Below are positions 23,557-32,041 of a stretch of 32,391 bases of DNA, piece by piece; positions within the stretch are counted from its first letter, which is position 1; every line of letters begins with the position of its first letter. The stretch lies in the NCBI GenBank assembly GCA_007136145.1, contig SLHN01000055.1:1-32391 (forward strand), given 5' to 3'. The notes below the pieces were generated by a model. The model worked only from the letters and a program-made list of their open reading frames with translations. It searched no databases and had not been told where the DNA came from. The position numbers and the translations under genes were made by a program. Source of the stretch: Thioalkalivibrio sp. (GTDB lineage: Bacteria > Pseudomonadota > Gammaproteobacteria > Ectothiorhodospirales > Ectothiorhodospiraceae).

Positions 23557-24600
23557 ATGGCGTTCCACGTGACGGTACGGCCCGCGAATCACGAATTCAA
23601 TGTCGAAGACGACGAGACGGTCCTCGAAGCCGCACTACGCCAGGGTTTCGCGTTTCCCTACGGCTGCCGCAACGGAGCTTGTGGATCCTGCAAGGGTCGT
23701 GTGCTCTCGGGTTCGGTAAGCTACGGCCCCAAGCGTCCACCCGGCCTCACCGAAGCTGACGAGACTGCGGGATTCGCGCTGTTTTGTCAGGCGGTTCCGA
23801 TCGAGGATCTCGAGGTCGAAGTCCGGGAGATCGGAGTGGCGCGGGATATCGTGGTGAAGACGCTTCCTTGCCGCGTGGCTGCGCGCACGATGCTGGCGCC
23901 GGACGTCGTGGAACTTCGCCTCCAGCTCCCTGCGACCGAGCGCCTCCAGTTCCTGGCGGGGCAGTATCTGGATATCCTCTTGAAGGGTGGGGATCGGCGC
24001 AGTTATTCCCTGGCCAATGCACCCCATGACGACAAACAACTGGTCCTGCATGTCAAGAAGGTACCAGGTGGCCGTTTTTCGGATGCCGCCTTCAACGATA
24101 TGAAGGAAAAGGCGCTATTGCGCATAGAGGGGCCGCTCGGAACCTTTGTTCTCGACGAGGAGTCGGAACGGCCCCGGCTGTTCGTTGGCGGTGGCACGGG
24201 ATTCGCCCCGCTGAAGGGAATGCTCGATCATCTCATCGAGACGGGTCTCGATCGGCCGCATCATCTATTCTGGGGGGCACGCGACGTAACGGGTATCTAT
24301 GCCCCCGAGTGGCTACAGGAAAAAACCAGCAGTGCGGCCGGCCGCTTTCGTTTCACCCCGGTTCTGTCCGATGTGCCTGTTGCCGAGGTCGCAGGCTTTC
24401 CGGCTGTCTCGGGCTGGTTGCACGAAGCCGTGCTGGCGACCTACCCTGATCTCTCCGGGTTCGACGTCTACATGGCCGGACCGCCCCCGATGATCGACGC
24501 CGCGCGAGGGGCTTTCCTCGAAGCCGGCTTGCCCGCGGAGCAACTCTTCTACGACAGTTTCGAACCGGCCGTTGCACAGACAGTCGGAAAAGCGGGGTAA
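23557..24600 (+). CDS. 2Fe-2S ferredoxin/FAD-NAD(P)H reductase (CDP-6-deoxy-delta-3,4-glucoseen reductase-like)
   Basis: PYGCRNGACGSCK...C 2Fe-2S motif, RSYSLAN, GGTGFAP and YMAGPPPM. Confidence 0.88.
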   Translation: MAFHVTVRPANHEFNVEDDETVLEAALRQGFAFPYGCRNGACGSCKGRVLSGSVSYGPKRPPGLTEADETAGFALFCQAVPIEDLEVEVREIGVARDIVVKTLPCRVAARTMLAPDVVELRLQLPATERLQFLAGQYLDILLKGGDRRSYSLANAPHDDKQLVLHVKKVPGGRFSDAAFNDMKEKALLRIEGPLGTFVLDEESERPRLFVGGGTGFAPLKGMLDHLIETGLDRPHHLFWGARDVTGIYAPEWLQEKTSSAAGRFRFTPVLSDVPVAEVAGFPAVSGWLHEAVLATYPDLSGFDVYMAGPPPMIDAARGAFLEAGLPAEQLFYDSFEPAVAQTVGKAG

Positions 24601-24754
24601 TCCAGTGCAACGGTGACCTCGGGCGCGCCTAAACCTAGTGGGCCATGCGGAAAGTTCCCCCGTAGGGTACCGCGAGCCGAAGCCGAACCGATGCCACATC
24701 GAACCCGATCTCCAGATTTCCGGGACTCGAGCGGCGCTGTGCGGTTGAGCGAGG

Positions 24755-26212
24755 TCAGCGATTCTCTGGGCGATCGAGGTCGAGTTCCTGGATTTTTCGG
24801 GTAAGCGTGTTACGGCCCCAGCCCAAAAGTGCCGCTGCCTGCTGACGATGCCCATCCGTAGCCGCCAACGCCTCGAGTATCAGTGTCCGTTCGAATTCGG
24901 GCTGTACAAGCGCCAGAACATCGCGGGCGCCTCCCCGCCAATGTTCGCGGGCTCGGCGCGCCAGATCGGTCGTCCAGTCGCGTGCAGGCGCCACCGGTAC
25001 ATTTCCACCCGTTGTTGACCGCCCTGGTTCAGCGCGAAGCTCCGGTGGCAGGTCCTCGAGGTGTACCTCCCGCCCGGAAGCCATCACGGTAAGCCAGCGA
25101 CAGGTATTCTCAAGTTGGCGCACGTTGCCAGGCCACCGCATCGCTTGAAGTTCGGTGATTACCTCGGGCCGGATCACCTTTGCATCCACACCCAGATCGC
25201 GAGCGGCCTGGGCCATGAAATGACGAATAAGGTGTGGGATATCCTCGGGACGATCGCGCAAGGCCGGAACCTGAATTCGGATTACGTTCAGCCGATGAAA
25301 AAGGTCTTCCCGGAACAACCCGGCAGCAACGCGATCCTCAAGATTCTGGTGAGTAGCGGCGATGATTCTCACATCGACCCGAATTGGCGTATGTCCACCC
25401 ACCCGATAAAAGGTACCGTCGGAGAGTACCCGCAACAGCCGCGTCTGAAGATCGAACGGCATGTCTCCGATTTCGTCCAGGAACAGCGTGCCGCCGTCCG
25501 CTTGTTCGAACCGCCCCTTGCGGGCCTGGTTGGCCCCGGTGAACGCACCGCGTTCATGGCCAAACAATTCGCTTTCGAGAAGGTCCTTGGGTATGGCCGC
25601 GGTGTTCAGCGCGATCAGCGATTGCTGCGCCCGCGGGGAGTGTTGATGCAGGGCCCGGGCCACCAGCTCCTTGCCAGTGCCCGATTCCCCGTTGACGAGC
25701 ACAGTGATATTCGAACGCGACAGTCGACCGATCGCTCTGAACAACTCCTGCATGGCCGGGGCTTCGCCAATGATCGTAGTCGGGCGCGCGACGTCCGCCG
25801 CACTTGCGCCTGCCCGCTGCTCGCGATGCGCCTGCAGTGCTCGCTGGACAAGCCCCACCGCCTCATCGAGGTCGAATGGCTTAGGCAAATACTCGAAGGC
25901 ACCGGTTTGATAGGCCGAGACTGCGCTTTCCAGGTCAGAAAAGGCGGTCATGATGATGACCGGAGGTGGATCCGGTCTCTCTCGAACGCGTCCGAGGAAA
26001 TCCAGGCCATTGAGGCCCGGCATCCGGATATCGGCCAGAATCACGTCGGGCTCGCCGTCGTCTTCCAGCGCGCGCCAAGCCGCATCCGCGGACTCGAACC
26101 CTTGGGTTTCGAATCCAGCCCGGCTCAACGCGCGTTCCAAAACCCAGCGGATCGAGTCATCGTCATCGATGACCCAGATCACCGCACTGCCTTGGCTCCA
26201 TAAGGTGTTCAT
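24755..26212 (-). CDS. glnG: Nitrogen regulation response regulator NtrC (sigma54 activator)
   Basis: Receiver domain ([19 protein letters not shown]), AAA+ domain ([24 protein letters not shown]) and HTH ([12 protein letters not shown]). Start uncertain: ATG 26212 or GTG 26182. Confidence 0.95.
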   Translation of the reverse strand: MNTLWSQGSAVIWVIDDDDSIRWVLERALSRAGFETQGFESADAAWRALEDDGEPDVILADIRMPGLNGLDFLGRVRERPDPPPVIIMTAFSDLESAVSAYQTGAFEYLPKPFDLDEAVGLVQRALQAHREQRAGASAADVARPTTIIGEAPAMQELFRAIGRLSRSNITVLVNGESGTGKELVARALHQHSPRAQQSLIALNTAAIPKDLLESELFGHERGAFTGANQARKGRFEQADGGTLFLDEIGDMPFDLQTRLLRVLSDGTFYRVGGHTPIRVDVRIIAATHQNLEDRVAAGLFREDLFHRLNVIRIQVPALRDRPEDIPHLIRHFMAQAARDLGVDAKVIRPEVITELQAMRWPGNVRQLENTCRWLTVMASGREVHLEDLPPELRAEPGRSTTGGNVPVAPARDWTTDLARRAREHWRGGARDVLALVQPEFERTLILEALAATDGHRQQAAALLGWGRNTLTRKIQELDLDRPENR

Positions 26213-26412
26213 CAGCGAGCCGCCGGCCGGTGGGGCTTGGTGCGTGATCCCGCTGATCGCCGGCGAGCGGCGCATCCGAAGGAAGACCCGCGGTCGGACC
26301 GGCACGGCGCTGGATCCACTGGGCAGTGGTGACGCCATTCCCTGTGGGAAGAACGATTTGCCGGACCGCTTCTGATGGCCTGTGGGGTACGGGTAGTCCT
26401 AGTAGCGCTCAT
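26212..26412 (-). CDS. Hypothetical 66-aa ORF filling the ntrB-ntrC gap
   Basis: ATGA overlap with the ntrB stop and TGATG overlap with the predicted ntrC ATG. No recognisable motif. Confidence 0.3.
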   Translation of the reverse strand: MSATRTTRTPQAIRSGPANRSSHREWRHHCPVDPAPCRSDRGSSFGCAARRRSAGSRTKPHRPAAR

Positions 26413-27491
26413 GATGCAGTCTCCAGCGGCAGCAGCACGTCGAAATCAGTGCGGCCCGGACGCGAATGGCACTCGATCAGGCCGTTGTTGAGTTGTACGA
26501 GACTCTGTGCAATCGGTAGCCCCAGTCCGGTCCCGGCTGCCCTGCCGGTGACCATGGGAAAAAAGATGCGTTCGCGGATTTCGTCCGGAATTCCCGGCCC
26601 GTTGTCTCGAATACGCAGGCGCGCGACCAGACGGTGCCGCTTGCCGGAGATGGTATATTGCCGAAGGATACGCGAAACCAGTCGAATCTCGCCGTGGTCC
26701 CCGAGGGCCTGAATCGCGTTCTGCACCAGGTTGAGGATCGCCTGCACCAGCATGTCGCGATCCGCCACGATGTCTGGAATACTTGGGTCATAGTCGGCGG
26801 TTACTCGCAGCCCTAGCGGCAGTTGCACACTGACGAGGCCACGAACGTGTTCCATTACTTCGTGAAGATTCACCTCATGGCGCCGCGGGAGATTGCTTGG
26901 CCCCAGCATTCGATCGACCAGGCTTCGAAGGCGGTCTGCTTCCCGAATGATGATGCCGGTGTATTCTCGCAGGCCCGGGTCGTCGAGTTCGCTGGCCAAC
27001 AACTGGGCGGCGCCGCGCAATCCTCCGAGAGGATTCTTGATCTCGTGCGCAAGGCCGCGGGTCACGGCACGGCTGATCGCCTGCTGCTGTCGCAACTGGT
27101 CCTCGCGGCTTATGCGTTGCTGGCGGTCGATTGCCGTAAGCTCCAGGAGCAGCCGTCCGCTGGAGTCTTCGGCATGTAGCGGCGAGAGCACAAGATCCGC
27201 GAGGAATTCCGGCGCGCGAAGCGGTTTCAACCGGCGTGCTCGCAGGGTTACCGGCTGTTCCCGCTGCAGTGCTTGTTGCAGCTGCGTACCGAGATGTCGG
27301 TCGAGGCGCAACCAGTGCCCCAAGGGGCCTCCGACCACACGCTCACGACTCAGCCCAAGCAGAACCTCGGCGGCACTGTTGATTGCGAGCAGCCGCAGGT
27401 TCTCGTCCGTAACCAGCACGGCGGTTGACAGATCGTCCAGCCACAGGCAGTCGGTCGGAGTCCGAATCGCTGGTAGAGGATTGACTTTCAT
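26409..27491 (-). CDS. glnL: Nitrogen regulation sensor kinase NtrB
   Basis: PAS-like N-terminus, H-box GLAHEIKNPLGGLRGAAQLL, DYDPSIP, DNGPGIP and GTGLGL. Confidence 0.95.
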   Translation of the reverse strand: MKVNPLPAIRTPTDCLWLDDLSTAVLVTDENLRLLAINSAAEVLLGLSRERVVGGPLGHWLRLDRHLGTQLQQALQREQPVTLRARRLKPLRAPEFLADLVLSPLHAEDSSGRLLLELTAIDRQQRISREDQLRQQQAISRAVTRGLAHEIKNPLGGLRGAAQLLASELDDPGLREYTGIIIREADRLRSLVDRMLGPSNLPRRHEVNLHEVMEHVRGLVSVQLPLGLRVTADYDPSIPDIVADRDMLVQAILNLVQNAIQALGDHGEIRLVSRILRQYTISGKRHRLVARLRIRDNGPGIPDEIRERIFFPMVTGRAAGTGLGLPIAQSLVQLNNGLIECHSRPGRTDFDVLLPLETAS

Positions 27492-27503
27492 CAACTTCCC
27501 GAA

Positions 27504-27519
27504 AGCAGGAATTGCGCCA
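27504..27519 (-). promoter_or_regulatory. Putative sigma54 (-24/-12) promoter of ntrBC
   Basis: Minus strand TGGCGCAATTCCTGCT with GG-N10-GC spacing. Confidence 0.5.
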
Positions 27520-27761
27520 GCCGTTCGTTGTGCCGGGCATGTCGGGCCGCGTCACCTGTGGTGCCCGGAGAGACCGGCCCTGCCCCGCCCTTTCCCCTTA
27601 CGCTGTCCTTGAGCGATTCGGCCATGGGCAGCCGAAAAAGCGGCTCAATACGACCATGCGTGTGACGACAACAGGGGCTGCGTGGTACCGCCTTGTTTTG
27701 GACCATGTACCTGGCTTGATCGATGATTGCTGGGGCAAGACACGCCTGCCGGTATTCGTTT

Positions 27762-27809
27762 GGCACAATGTTAGTGCAAAACCCGAACCAAATGCACCAA
27801 TTAAGTGCG
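27762..27809. promoter_or_regulatory. Tandem NtrC-binding sites (enhancer/operator)
   Basis: GGCACAATGTTAGTGCA (27762-27778) and TGCACCAATTAAGTGCG (27793-27809) fit TGCAC-N7-GTGCA. Their centres are 31 bp apart, about three helical turns. Confidence 0.75.
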
Positions 27810-27964
27810 ACCGATCCGCGTGGGGTGCCGTCAAGCGGAGTCGAACCACATCGGAACCACGCCGGCTCTAAGCCCCAGGCTCACGGGCCTCAAGCGGCGC
27901 AATTCGCTGTGCTCATTGATGTCTACGCCTGGACCTTGCATGGTGGCTTGACCATGACAGTTAG

Positions 27965-28153
27965 GGAAGCGCTGATCAATTCGTCATCGCGAGGAGCGAA
28001 GCCTTCAGCCGCGAGCGCAGCGGGACGTGGCGATCCATAAGGTCTTGATGTCGCGAATTCCGTTTGGATTACTCGCTACGCTCGCCCTTCGGGCCAGCCT
28101 TCGGCGGTTCAACGCGCTTCGCTCGCAATGACAGGACCTTTTTCAGCGTTTCC
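27965..28153. mobile_element. Non-autonomous IS5-like MITE (189 bp) carrying nested palindromic REP-type sequence
   Basis: Terminal IRs GGAAGCGCTGATCAA / TTTTTCAGCGTTTCC (12/15), flanked by TTAG direct repeats (27961-27964 and 28154-28157). Inner IR GTCATCGCGAG (27983) ... CTCGCAATGAC (28132). No transposase. Confidence 0.75.
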
Positions 28154-28210
28154 TTAGCTTGGCCTGGTCTCCTTCATCGGCGGAAAACGCGGCGCGGTTG
28201 TGCCTGCTTT

Positions 28211-28309
28211 CTCTCTGCGTGGACCAAAGAGTCGCCACGAAATCACGAAAAACGGCTCTCACGCTCCCAGGCGGCTCGCTACGGACACCCAAGTCCGACA
28301 GGCTCCCAG
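28211..28309. repeat. Intergenic copy of the 99-bp repeat found inside mnmE
   Basis: 75/99 ungapped identity to 6196-6294; ends in AAGTCCGACAGGCTCCCAG. Confidence 0.8.
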
Positions 28310-28329
28310 AGGCTGCCGCGGAGGCTGCG

Positions 28330-28692
28330 TTACCATTGAAACAGGATCCATTGGGGTGGCACGAAATCAGGGCCGAGTCCTCGGCGCCGAGCATCCAGGG
28401 TACCATCGCCGGTTGTATCAATCAGGTAATAAGGCGGCCCCCAGCGCGGGATCACCTGCACCATGTAGAGCCGCCCCTGAATCCGATACTCCCGGATGAT
28501 TCCATACGGCCGCTCGATCAGGGTGATGTCGGCCTCCTCGAGCAGTTGCAATTGGCGAGCCCGTTCATCAATGACTGGTGGCGGCGCATCCTCGACCATT
28601 TCGGGTGGTGGCGGCGCATCAGGCCAGCTCCCTTCCTGTGCAATCGCACCACTACAAAGAGTCACCAGGGCGGTACCGATCATCCAGCGCAT
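28330..28692 (-). CDS. DUF2782-like exported protein
   Basis: Signal peptide, Pro-rich linker, IREYRIQGRLYMVQVIP, PPYYLID and C-terminal PQWILFQW. Follows the LOG-family gene. Confidence 0.8.
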   Translation of the reverse strand: MRWMIGTALVTLCSGAIAQEGSWPDAPPPPEMVEDAPPPVIDERARQLQLLEEADITLIERPYGIIREYRIQGRLYMVQVIPRWGPPYYLIDTTGDGTLDARRRGLGPDFVPPQWILFQW

Positions 28693-28694
28693 CG

Positions 28695-29447
28695 TCAGAG
28701 CTCCATCAGGCGTTGCTTTTCTTCAGCCGAGGGTTCAAAGCTGCGATCTTCGTAATACTCGAAGATGGCGTCCACCGCGTCCTCTGGCGTATCCACCAAC
28801 GAGTATAGCGCCAGGTCTTCCGCCGAGATGGTGCCGCGCACCACCAATGTATCCTCGAACCAGTGCAGCAATCCGCGCCAGAACTCGCTGCCCACCAGCA
28901 CAATGGGGATCCGGCGCGACTTCCCCGTCTGTACCAGCGTCAGGATCTCCGCAAGTTCATCCAGCGTTCCGAATCCACCAGGCAGGACCACATAGGCCGA
29001 CGCATACTTTACGAACATCACCTTGCGCGCGAAAAAGTGCCGGAATCCGAGTCCGATGTCCTGGTAGGGATTCGATTGCTGCTCGTGAGGCAGCTGGATG
29101 TTCAGGCCAACACTGGGCGATTTCCCGGCGAAAGCCCCCTTGTTGGCCGCTTCCATGATTCCGGGGCCGCCGCCGCTGACGACGGCAAAGCCCGAATCGG
29201 ACAATTGCCGCGCCACGGCCTCCGCAAGCTCGTAATCCGGATGACCAGGTGGGATCCTTGCCGATCCGAAAATGCTGACCGAGGGCTTGATCCGGGCCAG
29301 TCGTTCAAAGCCCTCGACGAACTCGGCCATGATCTGGAAGATCTTCCAGCTCTCCCGGGTCAGCTCGGAATCATCGATCGGCGCCAGCCCGGGGTGATGA
29401 GCGCGCGCGCTGCCGGCCCCCGGGGTCTTCTTTTCCTCATGGTCCAT
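28695..29447 (-). CDS. LOG family (TIGR00730-like) nucleotide monophosphate nucleosidase
   Basis: SIFGSAR, SGGGPGIMEAAN, FFARKVMF and PGGFGTLDE. The real start is taken as MDHEEKK, not the 528-aa ORF start. Confidence 0.9.
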   Translation of the reverse strand: MDHEEKKTPGAGSARAHHPGLAPIDDSELTRESWKIFQIMAEFVEGFERLARIKPSVSIFGSARIPPGHPDYELAEAVARQLSDSGFAVVSGGGPGIMEAANKGAFAGKSPSVGLNIQLPHEQQSNPYQDIGLGFRHFFARKVMFVKYASAYVVLPGGFGTLDELAEILTLVQTGKSRRIPIVLVGSEFWRGLLHWFEDTLVVRGTISAEDLALYSLVDTPEDAVDAIFEYYEDRSFEPSAEEKQRLMEL

Positions 29448-29575
29448 CGCGCAAGCGTACCTGCGCGCGGCGCTTACGAACAGCCCCCTACCCCCACATG
29501 CGCACCGCGTTGCCTCAGGCGCACGGCCTCCGAGATGATGAAAGCGCAGAAGTGTCCATGAGCGCACCGAATGGG

Positions 29576-29695
29576 ACCGTTCGGACCCAGCAGGCCCAGC
29601 ACCTGCCCGGTTGCCACAGTCAGGTTTACCCCATCCAGCGCGAGGGTGCCGGCGGAATCGCGCACCAGCCCGTCCACTTCGATCGCGCGGCTCAT
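29576..29695 (-). pseudogene. 40-codon N-terminal fragment of an ABC transporter ATP-binding protein
   Basis: MSRAIEVDGLVRDSAGTLALDGVNLTVATGQVLGLLGPNG, broken off inside Walker A (GPNG without AGKT). Confidence 0.7.
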
Positions 29696-30320
29696 GAACA
29701 CTTCCGATCGCTGGACTACGAGGTTTTACAGGGTGTCGGCTCGTTTGGGCCATCCTGTGCGCTGTCGCCTCCATCATTTGAAAGTGAGCGACGGCGTTCT
29801 TCCACGCATCATCCTCATTGCCCTGCCTCGAAAACTCCTCTGCCGGGCACGCCGATTGCCTCCGGGGTCGGCTAAACTGGGCCGCATGTCGGGTGAAGCG
29901 CGCAGCTGGGATGGTCGGACGGGACACGGAGCCTGTTCCGCGAGATCGATCATCGCGTTGCCGCCCTGCCAGGGCTTCAGTGGCTCCGGTAACCGGCGGC
30001 CGAAAGCAATTCCCGTCGGCCCTGAATGACCCAGATCGGCACATCTCCACGCCGATGAAGAACCACCGGGAGAGGGACGCCCTTCCGATGCTGGCCATCC
30101 GACGGGACGTACGGGTCTGGTTGGAGGATTTCGAAGGGAAGCGGGACATGGACGTGATCGGCACCCGCCAGGAGGACCTGTTCGGATACGCGGTTCCGTG
30201 GGGCAGGAAAAATGGAAGGCCGCCTCCACGACCCGTGAATTGCGCGAATTCCGCGGCGGGGCGGCACGGATCGCCGTCCACTTCCGCGAGTCAATGAGCG
30301 GCGGCGGCACCAGGTCCAGT

Positions 30321-31391
30321 ATGCGAATCCGGTTCACGCTGGCCCTATCGGTCGTGCTTCCATCGGTTCTGCTGACCGTGCTCTGGATCTGGTGGGCGGA
30401 GAGCGACCCGCGGGGTGAAAGGGAACTGCGAATGCTGGTACAGGACCAGCTGCACGAATGGTTCCCCGAAGCGATGACCCCGCCTTTTGGAGTGTACGGG
30501 CTTTTTCCACGATCCGAGAAGGCACCTGATGGCGCGGCACCCCGGATTGTCCTGGTGCACGGCCTGGATGAACCGGGGACCATCTGGAACGATCTCGTTC
30601 CCAGCCTGGAAGAAGCGGGTTTCGACGTCTGGGAATTCCGCTACCCGAATGATCAGGGCATCGACAGGAGTGCCGACCTGCTCGCCGAGCATTGGCCGCA
30701 ACTGGAGCCCGAGCGTCCTGTGATACTGATCGGGCACAGCATGGGAGGCCTGCTCGTTCGGGACTTCGTGTCACGACTGCGCCACCCGGAAGGCGCTGCC
30801 TCTGGCGTCGATGGGGCGGCCGTCACCGGAGTGATTCTTGTTGGTACGCCCAACCAGGGTTCGGAATGGGCTCGGTTGAGGGTCTGGCTCGAACTACGGG
30901 AGCAGCTTGCCATTGGGATGGACGGACGGTTCTCGTTGTTCGCGAGCCTGCGGGACGGAACCGGTGCGGCCAAGATTGATCTGCGGCCTGGCAGTCCTTT
31001 CCTCCGAGAGTTGGACGAGCGAGAGTGGCCGACCCGGGTACCGGTGCGCATCATTGGGGGAATCTTGCTGGACCCCCCGCCTGCAATGACCGCCGGACTG
31101 GAAGCGATCGGTGCCGGGCTGAACTCCGCCGAACTGAGCGGCGCCTTGCGCGGTTGGTGGTCGGACATCGGTGACGAGCTTGGCGACGGGGTGGTGCCCG
31201 TCGCATCGCTGACGTTTCAGGACGCACCGCCGCCAATCCTCGTTTCCGCATCACACCGTGGGATGCTCGCGCGCTTCTTTGCGAACGACCCGGAGCCTCC
31301 CGCGATTCCGTACATCGTCGACATTGCAGTAGGCTGGGCCACGCCGGAGGCGGGGTTTTCCAGCGAAGGCTCGGATTTGGATCAGCGATAG
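30321..31391 (+). CDS. Membrane-anchored alpha/beta hydrolase (lipase/esterase family)
   Basis: N-terminal TM helix, LVHGL oxyanion motif, nucleophile elbow GHSMGG, GTPNQGS, GDGVVP and SHRGM. Confidence 0.85.
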   Translation: MRIRFTLALSVVLPSVLLTVLWIWWAESDPRGERELRMLVQDQLHEWFPEAMTPPFGVYGLFPRSEKAPDGAAPRIVLVHGLDEPGTIWNDLVPSLEEAGFDVWEFRYPNDQGIDRSADLLAEHWPQLEPERPVILIGHSMGGLLVRDFVSRLRHPEGAASGVDGAAVTGVILVGTPNQGSEWARLRVWLELREQLAIGMDGRFSLFASLRDGTGAAKIDLRPGSPFLRELDEREWPTRVPVRIIGGILLDPPPAMTAGLEAIGAGLNSAELSGALRGWWSDIGDELGDGVVPVASLTFQDAPPPILVSASHRGMLARFFANDPEPPAIPYIVDIAVGWATPEAGFSSEGSDLDQR

Positions 31392-31490
31392 GGAAGCGCC
31401 GAACAAGCAGATTCCGTTCGCGGTTCGACAAGCCCGCCACGAACGGACTCATACTCCTGCGGTTTCGCCCGGGCCATTCGAAGGTTATTG
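31392..31490. repeat. Degenerate MITE end plus REP-like hairpin
   Basis: GGAAGCGCCGAACAA directly after TAG matches the 27965 terminal IR at 13/15. Hairpin TCCGTTCG...CGAACGGA at 31413-31447. Confidence 0.55.
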
Positions 31491-31742
31491 CCCAGCACCC
31501 GTCGGGGGTTGCGGGCTTCGTCGCCGTAGTTCCCCGACAACCTCCCGGACCGCTGTTCGGACCAGGCTACTCCAACCCGTCCGACGTCCGACCAGGTTCA
31601 CCGTTCACACGGCCTCGATCATCGGGTTACGCGCGCCGTAGTGCCCTGTCTCACCACTCGGACGGGCTGACCCAGTCAGAGTAGGCTGGCGCAACCCGCC
31701 AAGCGCAAAGCAGCCAGCGATGGGCTCGACGGTTCGACCGCT

Positions 31743-32003
31743 TTACTGGCCGCGGCCTTCCTCGACCCCGCGTTGGAAAGCGTCGCGCTCGCGCTGCCGC
31801 TGAGCCTCGATCAGGTATCCGGTTCCGGCACCCGCGGCGGTACCTACAGCCGCCCAGCCCCAACTCCCGGTGGCGACCCCGAGCGCTGCACCCCCGATCG
31901 CCGCGCCGGTCGCCATCCGTTGTTCCTGGTCGGTCATGCCGGCGCAGCCCGAGAGCAGCGCGGTCGAAGCGAGAACTGCGATGAAGATTCGTGTCGAACG
32001 CAT
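31743..32003 (-). CDS. Glycine-zipper lipoprotein
   Basis: Signal peptide with lipobox LSGC, followed by GAAIGGAALG and AAVGTAAGAGTG. Confidence 0.85.
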   Translation of the reverse strand: MRSTRIFIAVLASTALLSGCAGMTDQEQRMATGAAIGGAALGVATGSWGWAAVGTAAGAGTGYLIEAQRQRERDAFQRGVEEGRGQ

Positions 32004-32041
32004 GGTTCGTACTCCCAATCATTTTCCGGATGGATTGAGCC

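Noticed and set aside
23561-23576. parS-like half site CGTTCCACGTGACGGT
   Set aside because: Only one arm matches, and it is explained by the coding sequence (AFHVTV).
26213-26338. 42-aa N-terminal extension of NtrC from ATG 26338
   Set aside because: No receiver-domain similarity, so not adopted. It remains an alternative start that would undercut the coupled-ORF idea.
29448-30281. Apparent 277-aa N-terminal extension making a 528-aa LOG fusion
   Set aside because: Arg/Pro/Ala-rich with no motif, and it overlaps the ABC fragment in another frame. LOG similarity starts only after 29447.
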